A stretch of 64,000 bases of DNA from Vicinamibacterales bacterium (GTDB taxonomy: Bacteria > Acidobacteriota > Vicinamibacteria > Vicinamibacterales > SCN-69-37), in NCBI GenBank assembly GCA_038319675.1, contig JBBQDM010000018.1:17839-81838 (forward strand), read 5' to 3'. The position numbers were made by a program, and so were the translations under genes. Each line of letters starts with the position of its first letter. Positions within the stretch are counted from its first letter, which is position 1. The notes under the pieces are model-generated. The model was not told where the DNA came from. It saw nothing but the letters and a program-made list of their open reading frames with translations, and did no database searches. This document shows, in pieces, positions 16,541 to 25,737 of the stretch.

Positions 16541-18541
16541 GTGCCGAAGTGGCGGGACGACCCCGCGAAAGTACGTCCGATGCTGGCCTCGCTCGACCCG
16601 CCTCCTGTGGCACAGGCGGGGATGGTGTACGAGCCGAAGTACGACGGCATCCGCGCACTGATCGACCTGCGTCCTGCGACTGACACCGACCCGTTGCATG
16701 TGGAGATGTACTCCCGCAATGGCCACGCGAAGGGGCACCAGTTCCCGGCGCTGGTCACGGCCCTGAAGAAGCTGGCGCCCAAACTGGAGGGCCCTGTGCT
16801 GCTCGACGGCGAGATTGTCGCCACCGACGCCAAGGGACGCCCACTGCCCTTCGGACGCCTGCAAGGGCGCATTCATTTGACGGCTGCCTCCGACATTCTG
16901 CGCGCGCAAAAAGCCCAACCCGCCGCGCTCATCGTGTTTGACCTGCTGCGCGACGCCGACCGCGACATCCGAGGCCTCTCACTCGCCGCCCGTCGTCTAC
17001 GCCTGCAGGACGCGCTGCCGGTGAAGACCGGCGGCACGACCCTGATCCGCCTGAGTGAGATCGTGGCCGACGATGGCAGTGAGATGCTGGCGCGGGCCGA
17101 ACGCGAAGGGTGGGAAGGACTGATCGCCAAGGACGGCGGGTCGGTGTATCACAGTGGCCGGCGCTCGCCCTCCTGGCGCAAACTCAAACTCCTCAAACGC
17201 GACACATTTATCGTCGGCGGCTGGACCGACCCCCAGAACACGCGGCAACATTTCGGCGCGCTGGTGGTCGGCGTGCGGGAGGCCGGACGATTGCGGTGGG
17301 TCGGCAACGTCGGCACGGGATTTGACCAGGCGGAGCTGACGCGTGTCGCCGCACGACTGAAGGCACTCGCCTCGAAGGCGTGCCCGTTCGTGAATCCTCC
17401 GCGCGCGATCGCCAAGGCGCACTGGGTGGCGCCAACCATGGCTGTGGAGGTGCAGTTCACCGAGATGACCGAAGACGGCATGCTGCGTCATCCCGTCTAC
17501 ATGGGCGAGCGCGACGACGTGTCGGCGGCCGGGTCGGCGGGTGACCGCGCGATAACGTCGACGTCTGACGATCCGTTGACCGCGTTGGTCGCACAGCTGC
17601 ACGCCCTTGAAGAGAGCCGTCGCGACGGCGAGCTGTCACTGCCCAATGGCGACCGTCTCCGCGTCACGAACCTTGCCAAGGTGTTCTGGCCGAAGCTGAA
17701 GCTCACCAAGGGAGACCTGCTGCGTTACTACGTCGAGGTCTCGCCGTTTGCACTTCCGGTGATCGCAGACAGGCCGATGATCATGCGCCGGTTTCCGAAC
17801 GGCATCGAGCAGCACGCGTTTTACCAGCAGCGCCACCCGGACGTCGTCCCGAAAGGGGTACGGCGAGAGGTCCTCGACGAGGACGTGGATCCCATCGACG
17901 ACGATGGCGGCGGGCGCGAGCGCCTGATCGGTGGGTCGCTGACCACCCTGCTCTACATGGCACAACTCGGATCCATTTCGCTCGACCCGTGGTTTTCGCG
18001 TGTAACTGATCCGCTGCATCAGGACTTCGCGGCAATCGATCTTGACCCGACCGACGGCGTCCCGTTCACGCGTGTACTGGATGTCGCCCGATGGGTGAAG
18101 GATGCGCTGGACCGTCTCAATATTCCGGCGGTGGCCAAGACCTCCGGCGCAAGCGGCATGCACATCTACATCAAGCTGCCGAAGCAGACGACATATCAGA
18201 CAGGACAATTGTTGTGTCACCTGGTGGCCACGATGGTGTCGTCGGCGCATCCGCGTGTGGCGACCATCGAACGGATGGTCAAGAAGCGTCCCAAAGGCAC
18301 GGTATATGTCGACTATCTGCAGAACATCCTCGGCAAGTCGTTGGCGGCCGCGTACGCCGTGCGCGCGAGCGACTACGCTGGTGCGTCCACACCCCTGACG
18401 TGGAACGAGGTGGCTGAAGGGGTGGACCCACGCGACTTCACGTTACGCACGGCCCCCTCGCGATTCCGCGAGGCCGGCGACCTGTGGGCGCCGATTCGCA
18501 CCGGCAAGGCCGTGAATATCGCGAAGGTGTTGAAGGCCTGA
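16541..18541 (+). CDS. ligD: NHEJ DNA ligase D (ATP-dependent ligase + primase-polymerase domains; no phosphoesterase domain)
   Basis: EPKYDGIR, LDGEIV, EGLIAK, WRKLK; Pol domain TNLAKVFWP, IDLDP, KTSGASGMH, VDYLQN. Confidence 0.93.
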   Translation: MPKWRDDPAKVRPMLASLDPPPVAQAGMVYEPKYDGIRALIDLRPATDTDPLHVEMYSRNGHAKGHQFPALVTALKKLAPKLEGPVLLDGEIVATDAKGRPLPFGRLQGRIHLTAASDILRAQKAQPAALIVFDLLRDADRDIRGLSLAARRLRLQDALPVKTGGTTLIRLSEIVADDGSEMLARAEREGWEGLIAKDGGSVYHSGRRSPSWRKLKLLKRDTFIVGGWTDPQNTRQHFGALVVGVREAGRLRWVGNVGTGFDQAELTRVAARLKALASKACPFVNPPRAIAKAHWVAPTMAVEVQFTEMTEDGMLRHPVYMGERDDVSAAGSAGDRAITSTSDDPLTALVAQLHALEESRRDGELSLPNGDRLRVTNLAKVFWPKLKLTKGDLLRYYVEVSPFALPVIADRPMIMRRFPNGIEQHAFYQQRHPDVVPKGVRREVLDEDVDPIDDDGGGRERLIGGSLTTLLYMAQLGSISLDPWFSRVTDPLHQDFAAIDLDPTDGVPFTRVLDVARWVKDALDRLNIPAVAKTSGASGMHIYIKLPKQTTYQTGQLLCHLVATMVSSAHPRVATIERMVKKRPKGTVYVDYLQNILGKSLAAAYAVRASDYAGASTPLTWNEVAEGVDPRDFTLRTAPSRFREAGDLWAPIRTGKAVNIAKVLKA

Positions 18542-18544
18542 GGC

Positions 18545-19354
18545 ATGGTCACTCGTTTCGCTCCAGCGCCCACCGGCTACCTGCACCTCGGCCACGTCGC
18601 AAACGCGCTGTACGTGTGGAACGACGCACGCGCACGGGCTGGACACGTGCTGCTGCGCATCGAGGATCACGACAAGGAACGGTGCCGGCCTGAGCACGAA
18701 GTCGCGTTGCTTGAAGATCTGGAATGGCTCGGATTCCATGCCGACGCCCCGCTCGTCCGCCAAAGCGAGCGCGGAGCACTGTATGCCGAAGCGGCCGCCC
18801 AACTCGATCGGCAAGGCCTGCTGTACGGCTGCACCTGCTCAAGACGCATCCTTAATCCTCCATCCTCCATCCCCCATCCTCCATCCTCCCCATACCCTGG
18901 CACCTGCCGCGAGGCCGGTCACGGGCTGACCGACGATGTGGGCTGGCGCGTGCGACTGCCGGATGATGAGATTCGGTTTGACGACCAGTGGTGTGGCCCA
19001 CAGGTGCAGGTACCCGCGCAGCAATGTGGCGATCTGCTGATTCGTGATCGCAAGGGCAACTGGACGTATCAGTTCGTCGCGACGGTCGACGACCATCTGC
19101 AGGGTATCACCGACGTGATTCGTGGCCTGGACCTGCTCGACTCCACTGGTCGCCAGATTCTGCTCGGGCGCCTGATCGGCCGCCTGACGCCGGCGACATT
19201 TGCGCACCATCCACTCATCATGAAGTCAGCCACGCAGAAGCTCAGCAAGTCGGACGGCGACACCGGTATCAGGGATTTACGTGCGGCTGGCTGGACGCGC
19301 GACCGGGTGTTACGTGAGGCGGCGACCCGATCCGGGCAGCCGTTCCCGCTATAG
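18545..19354 (+). CDS. gluQ: Glutamyl-Q tRNA(Asp) synthetase (GluRS paralogue lacking anticodon domain)
   Basis: TRFAPAPTGYLHLGH, LRIED, CTCSR..YPGTC, VIRGLDLL, KLSK; 269 aa. Confidence 0.88.
   Translation: MVTRFAPAPTGYLHLGHVANALYVWNDARARAGHVLLRIEDHDKERCRPEHEVALLEDLEWLGFHADAPLVRQSERGALYAEAAAQLDRQGLLYGCTCSRRILNPPSSIPHPPSSPYPGTCREAGHGLTDDVGWRVRLPDDEIRFDDQWCGPQVQVPAQQCGDLLIRDRKGNWTYQFVATVDDHLQGITDVIRGLDLLDSTGRQILLGRLIGRLTPATFAHHPLIMKSATQKLSKSDGDTGIRDLRAAGWTRDRVLREAATRSGQPFPL
18847..18888 (+). repeat. Six tandem CATCCTC-type heptamers (42 nt) in frame inside gluQ
   Basis: CATCCTT AATCCTC CATCCTC CATCCCC CATCCTC CATCCTC encoding ILNPPSSIPHPPSS. Confidence 0.85.
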
Positions 19355-19364
19355 AATGCCCCGC

Positions 19365-20579
19365 ATGCGCACTGTCCTTGTTGCCTGCTGCCTCATGCTG
19401 GTCGTCGCGGCCACCCCATCAGCCCAGTCGGCTTCTGCCGATTCCTACACACGGTATGAGCTGCTCGACCCTGCGTCGTCGAGTTTCAAGATCATCTACG
19501 ACGTGTCGGCGACGACGGCGGGGGCGCGGTTTTATTTCAACGCCATCCGCCAGGGCAGCGAGGCCAGCGACGAATCCGTCATCGACCGGATGACGGGTCA
19601 GCCCCTGCGGTTCGAAGTGGTGAGCGGCGAGGTCGCGCAGAAGGACGGCATGCGTGGTGCGGATGTCACGGGCCACTACATCAAGGTGTATCTGGCGCGG
19701 CCGGTGCCCCAGGGCGGCGAAACCCGCCTGCGCATCATCAAGACCTACAAGGATCCCAAAACGTACTTCACGCAGGGCGACCTGATCGTGTTTGACCGGT
19801 CCCTCGGGATCAAGCGCAACGCCATCGTTCTGCCTGCGGGATACGAGATCGTCTCGTCGAACTTCCCGTCACAGGTGATTGAGGAAGCGGATGGGCGGCT
19901 GAACATCAGCCACTGGAACAACACGCCTGCGGCGGCCCCGGTGGTGATTCGTGCCCGCAAGCGGCCGGCGCCATCGACGGCGGCACAAGCGACTGCGGTC
20001 TCGTCTCCCGCAGTCGTGTCGCCGGGCACCCCGGCCACCAGTCCGCGCAATGCCCTCACCAACCTGCGTGTGAGCGAACGTGCGTTTCAGGATCGCGAGA
20101 TCGTGTACTTCCTGCAGCAGCCTGAGACCCACAGCTTCCGGCTGTATCACGACTACACCGAGACCCGCCCCGGCGTCGCGACGTATCGCAACGTGGTGCG
20201 GGGTGGCTCGTCGGTGTCCGACCCGGAGGCCGTGCTCCTCGATACGGGCGAGACGCTGAAGGTGGAGACCGTCAAGGAAGACGATGCGGTGGTGGTGATC
20301 ATCCACTTCCCTGCGGTGCAGGCCGGACACAGTTCGCGGCTGCGCATCACGGAGACGTACACCGATTCGGGCCGTTACGGCCTCGTCGAGGGGCAGCTCG
20401 TGTGGAATCGCAACTTCGGTCGTCCCGCCAACGATGTCGTGTTGCCCGAGGGCTGGTATCTCACCGACAGTGCGATTCCCGGCGTCATCACGACCGAGGC
20501 CGACGGCCGCACACGGATTGCGTTCATCAACCCGCGCCCCGACTCCATCGACGTCGTGCTCAAAGCCCGGCGTCGCTGA
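19365..20579 (+). CDS. Secreted protein of unknown function with an internally duplicated beta-rich domain
   Basis: Signal peptide; halves align by eye (RLRIIKTYKD/RLRITETYTD, NAIVLPAGY/NDVVLPEGW, EEADGR/TEADGR). Confidence 0.75.
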   Translation: MRTVLVACCLMLVVAATPSAQSASADSYTRYELLDPASSSFKIIYDVSATTAGARFYFNAIRQGSEASDESVIDRMTGQPLRFEVVSGEVAQKDGMRGADVTGHYIKVYLARPVPQGGETRLRIIKTYKDPKTYFTQGDLIVFDRSLGIKRNAIVLPAGYEIVSSNFPSQVIEEADGRLNISHWNNTPAAAPVVIRARKRPAPSTAAQATAVSSPAVVSPGTPATSPRNALTNLRVSERAFQDREIVYFLQQPETHSFRLYHDYTETRPGVATYRNVVRGGSSVSDPEAVLLDTGETLKVETVKEDDAVVVIIHFPAVQAGHSSRLRITETYTDSGRYGLVEGQLVWNRNFGRPANDVVLPEGWYLTDSAIPGVITTEADGRTRIAFINPRPDSIDVVLKARRR

Positions 20580-20602
20580 CACCGACGCTGCAGACGGTCA
20601 CG

Positions 20603-21106
20603 TCAGGCGACGGTCACCCGACGGAACCCGTACCCCGTCCACACGAACGCCACGAGCGGGCTCTCACACGAGGCGGCCGCAAATGTCGGGCCTGACAGAT
20701 AGTCCACCAGCATCGCGCCAGCCTCACTCACCACACGCCCTTGTGGCAGCACCACCAGGTGCGTGGCCCCGGGGATGGCCGACAGCGGACCGAGGTCGTG
20801 CACGATGGCTCCACCGATGACACGCGGCATCGCAATCACGACGTGCGGTTCGCCGCCGTTCGTACGCACGACCATCGCCACATCAGGGGACTGATCGAAG
20901 TCGATGTCTGCGACGGCCGGGTTGGACACACCCGCACACGTGGGAGCGCCAACGACCGCCCACTCCACGAACTGTTCATCCATCTGTTTGTGAATCGCCT
21001 TGCTGATGGCCTCCGGCTGATCCTGCGTGACCGCCGAGACACCCACAGCGGCACTGAGAAACACGCCAAGCACACCTGCCCACGCGGCAAGTCTTGAATA
21101 TGTCAT
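20603..21106 (-). CDS. Hypothetical secreted protein
   Basis: Signal peptide-like N-terminus; ADIDFDQSPDVA resembles one FG-GAP/EF-like Ca loop; fills the gap between flanking genes. Confidence 0.6.
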   Translation of the reverse strand: MTYSRLAAWAGVLGVFLSAAVGVSAVTQDQPEAISKAIHKQMDEQFVEWAVVGAPTCAGVSNPAVADIDFDQSPDVAMVVRTNGGEPHVVIAMPRVIGGAIVHDLGPLSAIPGATHLVVLPQGRVVSEAGAMLVDYLSGPTFAAASCESPLVAFVWTGYGFRRVTVA

Positions 21107-21178
21107 CGATTGTTAACCTCGCTCCCGATCCTGACACGCGGAGCCGAATCCTGCAATTGTGCGACGTACTGACATAGC

Positions 21179-21207
21179 CGGGAATATTCAGACGCCCTGG
21201 CAGGTCA
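21179..21207 (+). promoter_or_regulatory. Putative ECF promoter GGAAT-N17-GGTCA
   Basis: CGGGAATA...GTC layout shared with the promoter at 3290-3318. Confidence 0.45.
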
Positions 21208-21248
21208 ACAGAATCAGCAACAGTACGCATCACTCAATGGAGGTCACT

Positions 21249-21671
21249 ATGACACGCACACACGCACTCGTTGGACTCACCGCACTCGCTCTGGTCGGCA
21301 CCGCTGCGGTGCAGGCGCAACCCACCCAGGGCCCGCCCGATCAGCGTCCGCGCATCGAACAGCGCCAGCAGGGACAGGGGGCAATGCGCGGACCCGGCGT
21401 CCGCCAGGGCCAAGGTCAGGGTCAGGGTCAGGGCCAGGGCCTTCGACGTGGAGGTCCGGGACGCGGAGGCCCGGGACGTCCCGGCGGCCGTGGGATGGGC
21501 TTGCGCGGGCTCGATCTGACCGACGACCAGAAGGCGCAGGTCAAAGCCATCCACGACAAGGTCCGTGAAGACGTGGACGCCGTGCTCACACCCGAGCAGC
21601 GCGAGAAGCTGGCAGCACGGCGCGGCGGGCGCGGCGGCGGTGGTGAATATCCCGCACCACTCGACAAGTAA
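21249..21671 (+). CDS. Spy/CpxP family periplasmic chaperone-like protein
   Basis: Signal peptide, QG/RGGPG low-complexity linker, LDLTDDQK and VLTPEQR motifs; GGAGG RBS. Confidence 0.75.
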   Translation: MTRTHALVGLTALALVGTAAVQAQPTQGPPDQRPRIEQRQQGQGAMRGPGVRQGQGQGQGQGQGLRRGGPGRGGPGRPGGRGMGLRGLDLTDDQKAQVKAIHDKVREDVDAVLTPEQREKLAARRGGRGGGGEYPAPLDK

Positions 21672-21680
21672 CGCACAGAC

Positions 21681-21709
21681 AGGCCGGGAATCATCGTGAT
21701 TCCCGGCCT
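21681..21709 (+). terminator. Stem-loop after the Spy-like gene
   Basis: AGGCCGGGAATCA-TCG-TGATTCCCGGCCT perfect 13-bp stem; no clear U-tract. Confidence 0.55.
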
Positions 21710-21746
21710 GCGTATCAGGCACAGTTCATGCAATAGACTGGGAACG

Positions 21747-22223
21747 ATGATGCGTCGCTCCCTCACCATCGCGGGTATTGCCCTGGCGGTGTTCCACGTC
21801 TGGCTGTTTGCCGGACAGGTGTGGAGTGGAGCGATTGGTGATCCCGGACTGCTGGTGCGGTGGCTGGTGGCCGCGGGTCTCATCGTGGGACTCGCCGCAC
21901 TCAAACGTCAGGGCGAGTCGCTGGTGCGCGGTCGCAAGGCCGTGGCGATGTGGGTGCTGGCCGCGCTCCTGCACGGGCCGGCCCTGACCACACGGCTGCA
22001 CACCGACGTGCCGCCCATCCCCGAGGTCATCGTCACCCTGGCGCAGACCATCGTCACGCTCGGCAGCCTGATCGGCCTCGGCTGGTTCCTCGACGGACGC
22101 CGTGTCCGGCCTCGTCATCTCTTCGTGGTCCTTGGCCCAGTGGCTGATGGGCCGTTCGTGCCTGCGTGCCCCTCTGCCGCGGGCGTCGCCTTCACTCCAC
22201 GCCCCCCTCCCTCGACACACTGA
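21747..22223 (+). CDS. Membrane protein ending in RPPP, directly upstream of a TonB-dependent receptor
   Basis: About four TM segments; C-terminal FTPRPPPSTH; TAGACT 7 nt before ATG. Confidence 0.7.
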   Translation: MMRRSLTIAGIALAVFHVWLFAGQVWSGAIGDPGLLVRWLVAAGLIVGLAALKRQGESLVRGRKAVAMWVLAALLHGPALTTRLHTDVPPIPEVIVTLAQTIVTLGSLIGLGWFLDGRRVRPRHLFVVLGPVADGPFVPACPSAAGVAFTPRPPPSTH

Positions 22224-22283
22224 CACACGTTCGTCGTTCGTTTTTCACATCAGTGTTTCTGTTCGAAGAGTCAGGGGAGAGTT

Positions 22284-24956
22284 ATGCGTACGTTCAGAGT
22301 TGGAGTGTGTCTGGTGATGGCGCTGTTGTTGGCGACACCAGTGATGGCGACACCGGTCGCCGATCAGCTGACGCGTGCCGTCGTCAGCGGCACGATTTCG
22401 GATGCCACCGGCAGTGCGTTGCCGGGCGCGCGCATCGTGCTTCGCGACATGGCGACCGGTCGTGAAACGACCACCCAGTCGGGGAGCGATGGGAAATACA
22501 CAATCGCCGCGCCGGCCACCGGCACCTATCTTGTGATTGTCTCGCGGCAGGGATTCAGCGAAGCCGCGCGCACGGTGGTGGTGACCACAGCCGAGCAGCG
22601 CATCGACCTGCCGCTGCAGCTTGAACTGGGCACATGGTCCACCGAGGTCAGTGTGACCACCAGTCGCGGCGAGCGTGAAATTCGCCAGATTCCACTGCAC
22701 GTCGAGACGCTGTCTGGCGCGGCGGTCGCGCAAACCAATCCCCTCTCCACCGGCGATGCCCTTGCGCAGGTCGCCAACATCACGCCTGTCGGCGGTGGGC
22801 CCTTCGGTCTGCGCCCCCGACTGCGCGGCCTCGACTCCACACGACTGCTTGTGCTGGTCGATGGCGAGCGGATGAACACGGCGCGTCAGGCCACGGAGCG
22901 CACGGGCGCGGAAGTCGGTCTTATTGCGCCTGACTCCATTGCGCGGATCGAAATCGTGAACGGCGCCGGCACCCTGATGTACGGATCGGACGCACTGGCC
23001 GGCACGATCAATATCATCACCAACGAGCCGTCGTTCTCCGACCGCCGCCAGTTCCTGTACGGCGCCAACAGTTTTTACTCCAGTAACGAGAATGGCGGGC
23101 GCGCAACACTCACGCTCGGCATCACCGCCCCGCGGTATGCGCTGCGCGTGCAGGGTGGTGCGGAAGAGTTCGGCAACTACACGGCCGGACACTTCACGAC
23201 CGAAGACACCACCCCGTTTTTCACCAGCGGTCAGCTCCGTCGGGCCGACACGATTGACGACGGGTTCGGCTTTTCATTCAAGCGGTTTCCCGATCCGTTC
23301 AACGCGCCGTATGTGCGCACGAGTGGTGAAATTCTCAACTCCCAGGCCAAGGGTTATTTCGTCAATGCCTCGGGACTGATCAAGCTTGCCGAACGCCGTA
23401 CCCTGAAGCTGCGTTACCAGCAGCGGCGCATGGAGGACATCGGCTTTCCGGATTTTGCGAATCCCTACTTCTTCAACTCCACGTCGTTGCCCCACAGCCG
23501 CCTGGACCGTGCGTCGATCCGGTATGAGGCGCAGGCGGTCACACCCTGGCTGGCCAATCTGTCGGTCAACGCGTACTACCAGCGCACCGAGCGCCTGCTG
23601 CAGAATCTGCTCCCCGTGCAGTTCCCTGTGCCGACCCCGAGGACGTTTTTCCCCATCTCGGTCATGCGCCTCGACATTCTGTCGCAGACCGAGCAGCGCG
23701 TCTGGACGCCCGGTGTGGACGTGCAGGCGGTCTGGGTGCCGGCGAGTAATCACCTGTTGACGACGGGTGTGACGTTCTATCGTGACCGCAGCAGTGATCG
23801 GCGCACCACGTCCACCACCACGTCGATGGTGGGCCGTGTCGCGATGGGGCCGCGGGGACCGGCAGCCACGGTGTTTCCGTCGCCCATGGTGCTCGGGCCG
23901 CCGTCGCTGGCCACGCCAGTCCGTGTACCGGATGCCAGTCTGCAGAACATCGCGGTGTTTGCGCAGGATGAATGGCGCATCCGGCCGAACCTCTCCCTGG
24001 TGGCGGGACTCCGCACGGACTTCTACGATGTGAAGACCGATGCGACGCCCGGATACTCGGTGCAGCCGCTCGTGGCTGGTGCGGTACCGGCCATTGATCC
24101 GGCCACCCTGCCTGATCCGAACGGCGCGTCGTACAGCCGCACCGCCCTGACCGGCGACATTGGCCTGATGGCAAACACCATGGGCCGGGTCAGTCCCTTT
24201 GTGCGGTTTGGCCGCACCTATCGCCACCCGAACCTCGAAGAAATGCTCTTTGCCGGACCGGCGACAGTCGGCAACCTGGCGCCGAACGTGCTGGTGAAGC
24301 CGGAGATCGGCAACAACTTCGACGTCGGTGCCAAGTTCCGATTCGGCCGACTGTCAGGCGGCGCGTACGCATTCCTGAATCAGTACCAGGACTTCATCGC
24401 GCAGGACCTGGTGGTCGCCACCACACCGGCGGGCCCGCTGTCCCAGGCGATCAACTACGCAGATGTTCGGATCTCCGGCGTGGAACTGTCTGCGGACGCG
24501 CCGCTCTCGTTTGAGTACGGCGTGTTGACGCTGTCGGGCTCCGCGGCATTCACACGCGGCACGATCACGGCGGGCACCGATCCGCTGACCCGTCGCTCGC
24601 TCGCAAACACGCCGGCCGATAACATCACGCCCTCCAAGGTCGTCGGACACGCGCGGTTCACGCAGGCCAGTGGTCGCTGGTGGATGGAGTACGGCATCCG
24701 CGCCCAGGCCAAGGTCGACCGTGTGGCCCAGGCGGTGCGTGATTCGCCGTTCCTGATCGCGCAGGACCTGCTGGCACTCGACTCGCTGGCCATCCAGCGC
24801 GCCGCCGCCGGCATCGACCTGTCGCGTGGACGGGATCGCGTCACTCTGACCTTCGCGGTAGAGAACCTGACCAACCGGTACTACCGGGAACACTTCCAGT
24901 TTGCGCCCGCGCGCGGCCGGACGTTCACGGTCAGCCTCGGCCTCGGCGCGTTCTAA
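22284..24956 (+). CDS. TonB-dependent outer-membrane receptor with N-terminal carboxypeptidase-regulatory-like domain
   Basis: Plug motifs LRGLDSTRLLVLVDG, IARIEIVNGAGTLMYGSDALAGTINIIT; FAQDEW; ENLTNRYY; C-terminal F. Confidence 0.93.
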   Translation: MRTFRVGVCLVMALLLATPVMATPVADQLTRAVVSGTISDATGSALPGARIVLRDMATGRETTTQSGSDGKYTIAAPATGTYLVIVSRQGFSEAARTVVVTTAEQRIDLPLQLELGTWSTEVSVTTSRGEREIRQIPLHVETLSGAAVAQTNPLSTGDALAQVANITPVGGGPFGLRPRLRGLDSTRLLVLVDGERMNTARQATERTGAEVGLIAPDSIARIEIVNGAGTLMYGSDALAGTINIITNEPSFSDRRQFLYGANSFYSSNENGGRATLTLGITAPRYALRVQGGAEEFGNYTAGHFTTEDTTPFFTSGQLRRADTIDDGFGFSFKRFPDPFNAPYVRTSGEILNSQAKGYFVNASGLIKLAERRTLKLRYQQRRMEDIGFPDFANPYFFNSTSLPHSRLDRASIRYEAQAVTPWLANLSVNAYYQRTERLLQNLLPVQFPVPTPRTFFPISVMRLDILSQTEQRVWTPGVDVQAVWVPASNHLLTTGVTFYRDRSSDRRTTSTTTSMVGRVAMGPRGPAATVFPSPMVLGPPSLATPVRVPDASLQNIAVFAQDEWRIRPNLSLVAGLRTDFYDVKTDATPGYSVQPLVAGAVPAIDPATLPDPNGASYSRTALTGDIGLMANTMGRVSPFVRFGRTYRHPNLEEMLFAGPATVGNLAPNVLVKPEIGNNFDVGAKFRFGRLSGGAYAFLNQYQDFIAQDLVVATTPAGPLSQAINYADVRISGVELSADAPLSFEYGVLTLSGSAAFTRGTITAGTDPLTRRSLANTPADNITPSKVVGHARFTQASGRWWMEYGIRAQAKVDRVAQAVRDSPFLIAQDLLALDSLAIQRAAAGIDLSRGRDRVTLTFAVENLTNRYYREHFQFAPARGRTFTVSLGLGAF

Positions 24957-24960
24957 ATGT

Positions 24961-25004
24961 GATGGAGGATGGGCCTCATCGCCCATCCTCCATCCCCCAT
25001 CCAT
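24961..25004. repeat. CATCCTC-type heptamers in inverted arrangement (hairpin) after the TonB-dependent receptor
   Basis: GATGGAG GATGGGC then CATCGCC CATCCTC CATCCCC CATCCAT; same unit as in gluQ. Confidence 0.7.
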
Positions 25005-25016
25005 TATCTGGACTCC

Positions 25017-25691
25017 ATGAGCTCTTCCCCCATCCACTACATCCCCATCATCACCACGCTGCTGGCCATTCCGTTTGCCGTGATCATCGCGCGCCGGTTC
25101 AGCCAGCACCCTGATCGCCTCCATCTGTTGTGGTGGGCGATCGGTGTGGGCGCGTATGGCGCGGGCACCCTCACTGAATCGCTGACGGCACTGTTCGGCT
25201 GGCAGGAACCGGTATTCCGCCTGTGGTACATCACCGGTGCGTTGCTCGGCGGCGCGCCGCTGGCGCAGGGCACGGTCTACCTGATGCTGCGGAAGCGCAC
25301 GGCGCACCTGCTGACCGCCGCGCTCGTGCTCACGGTCGCGGTCGCGTCGGTGGCCGTCTGGTCTTCGCCCATTCAATACGAACTGGTGGAGTCGCACCGG
25401 CTGACCGGGCGGGTCTTCGAGTGGACGTGGGTGCGCAGGTTCAGTCCGTTCATCAACCTGTATGCGGTGATCTTTCTGGTGGGCGGGGCCATCCTGTCGG
25501 CGGTCAGATTCAGCCGAACCGAGGCCACCCGGCACCGCATGTGGGCCAACGTCTGGATCGCCACCGGCGCCATCCTGCCCGGCATCGGTGGCACCTTCAC
25601 ACGGTTTGGCTACACCGAAGTGCTGTACGTCATGGAACTGCTGGGCCTGCTCATGATGTGGCGCGGGTACGTCATCAGCGTCAGGCCGTAG
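25017..25691 (+). CDS. Conserved-looking 7-TM membrane protein of unknown function
   Basis: Seven hydrophobic segments; LWWAIG, WYITGALLG, LAQGTVYL. Confidence 0.75.
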   Translation: MSSSPIHYIPIITTLLAIPFAVIIARRFSQHPDRLHLLWWAIGVGAYGAGTLTESLTALFGWQEPVFRLWYITGALLGGAPLAQGTVYLMLRKRTAHLLTAALVLTVAVASVAVWSSPIQYELVESHRLTGRVFEWTWVRRFSPFINLYAVIFLVGGAILSAVRFSRTEATRHRMWANVWIATGAILPGIGGTFTRFGYTEVLYVMELLGLLMMWRGYVISVRP

Positions 25692-25733
25692 GTGACAGCC
25701 GTCATAGGAGGGCGCGGTCGCGTCGTGTAGGGT
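25692..25733 (+). promoter_or_regulatory. Crp/Fnr-type operator GTGAC-N4-GTCAT with -10 TAGGGT
   Basis: Box 25692-25705, centre 29.5 bp before TAGGGT at 25728 (class II activator spacing). Confidence 0.65.
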
Positions 25734-25737
25734 GCCC

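Noticed and set aside
21404-21440. CAGGG(T/C) hexamer run as a mobile or regulatory repeat
   Set aside because: Explained by the QG low-complexity linker of the Spy-like protein
22284-24956. Calling the TonB-dependent receptor nosA/oprC
   Set aside because: The mature protein lacks the CxxxM copper site of OprC; substrate cannot be determined from sequence
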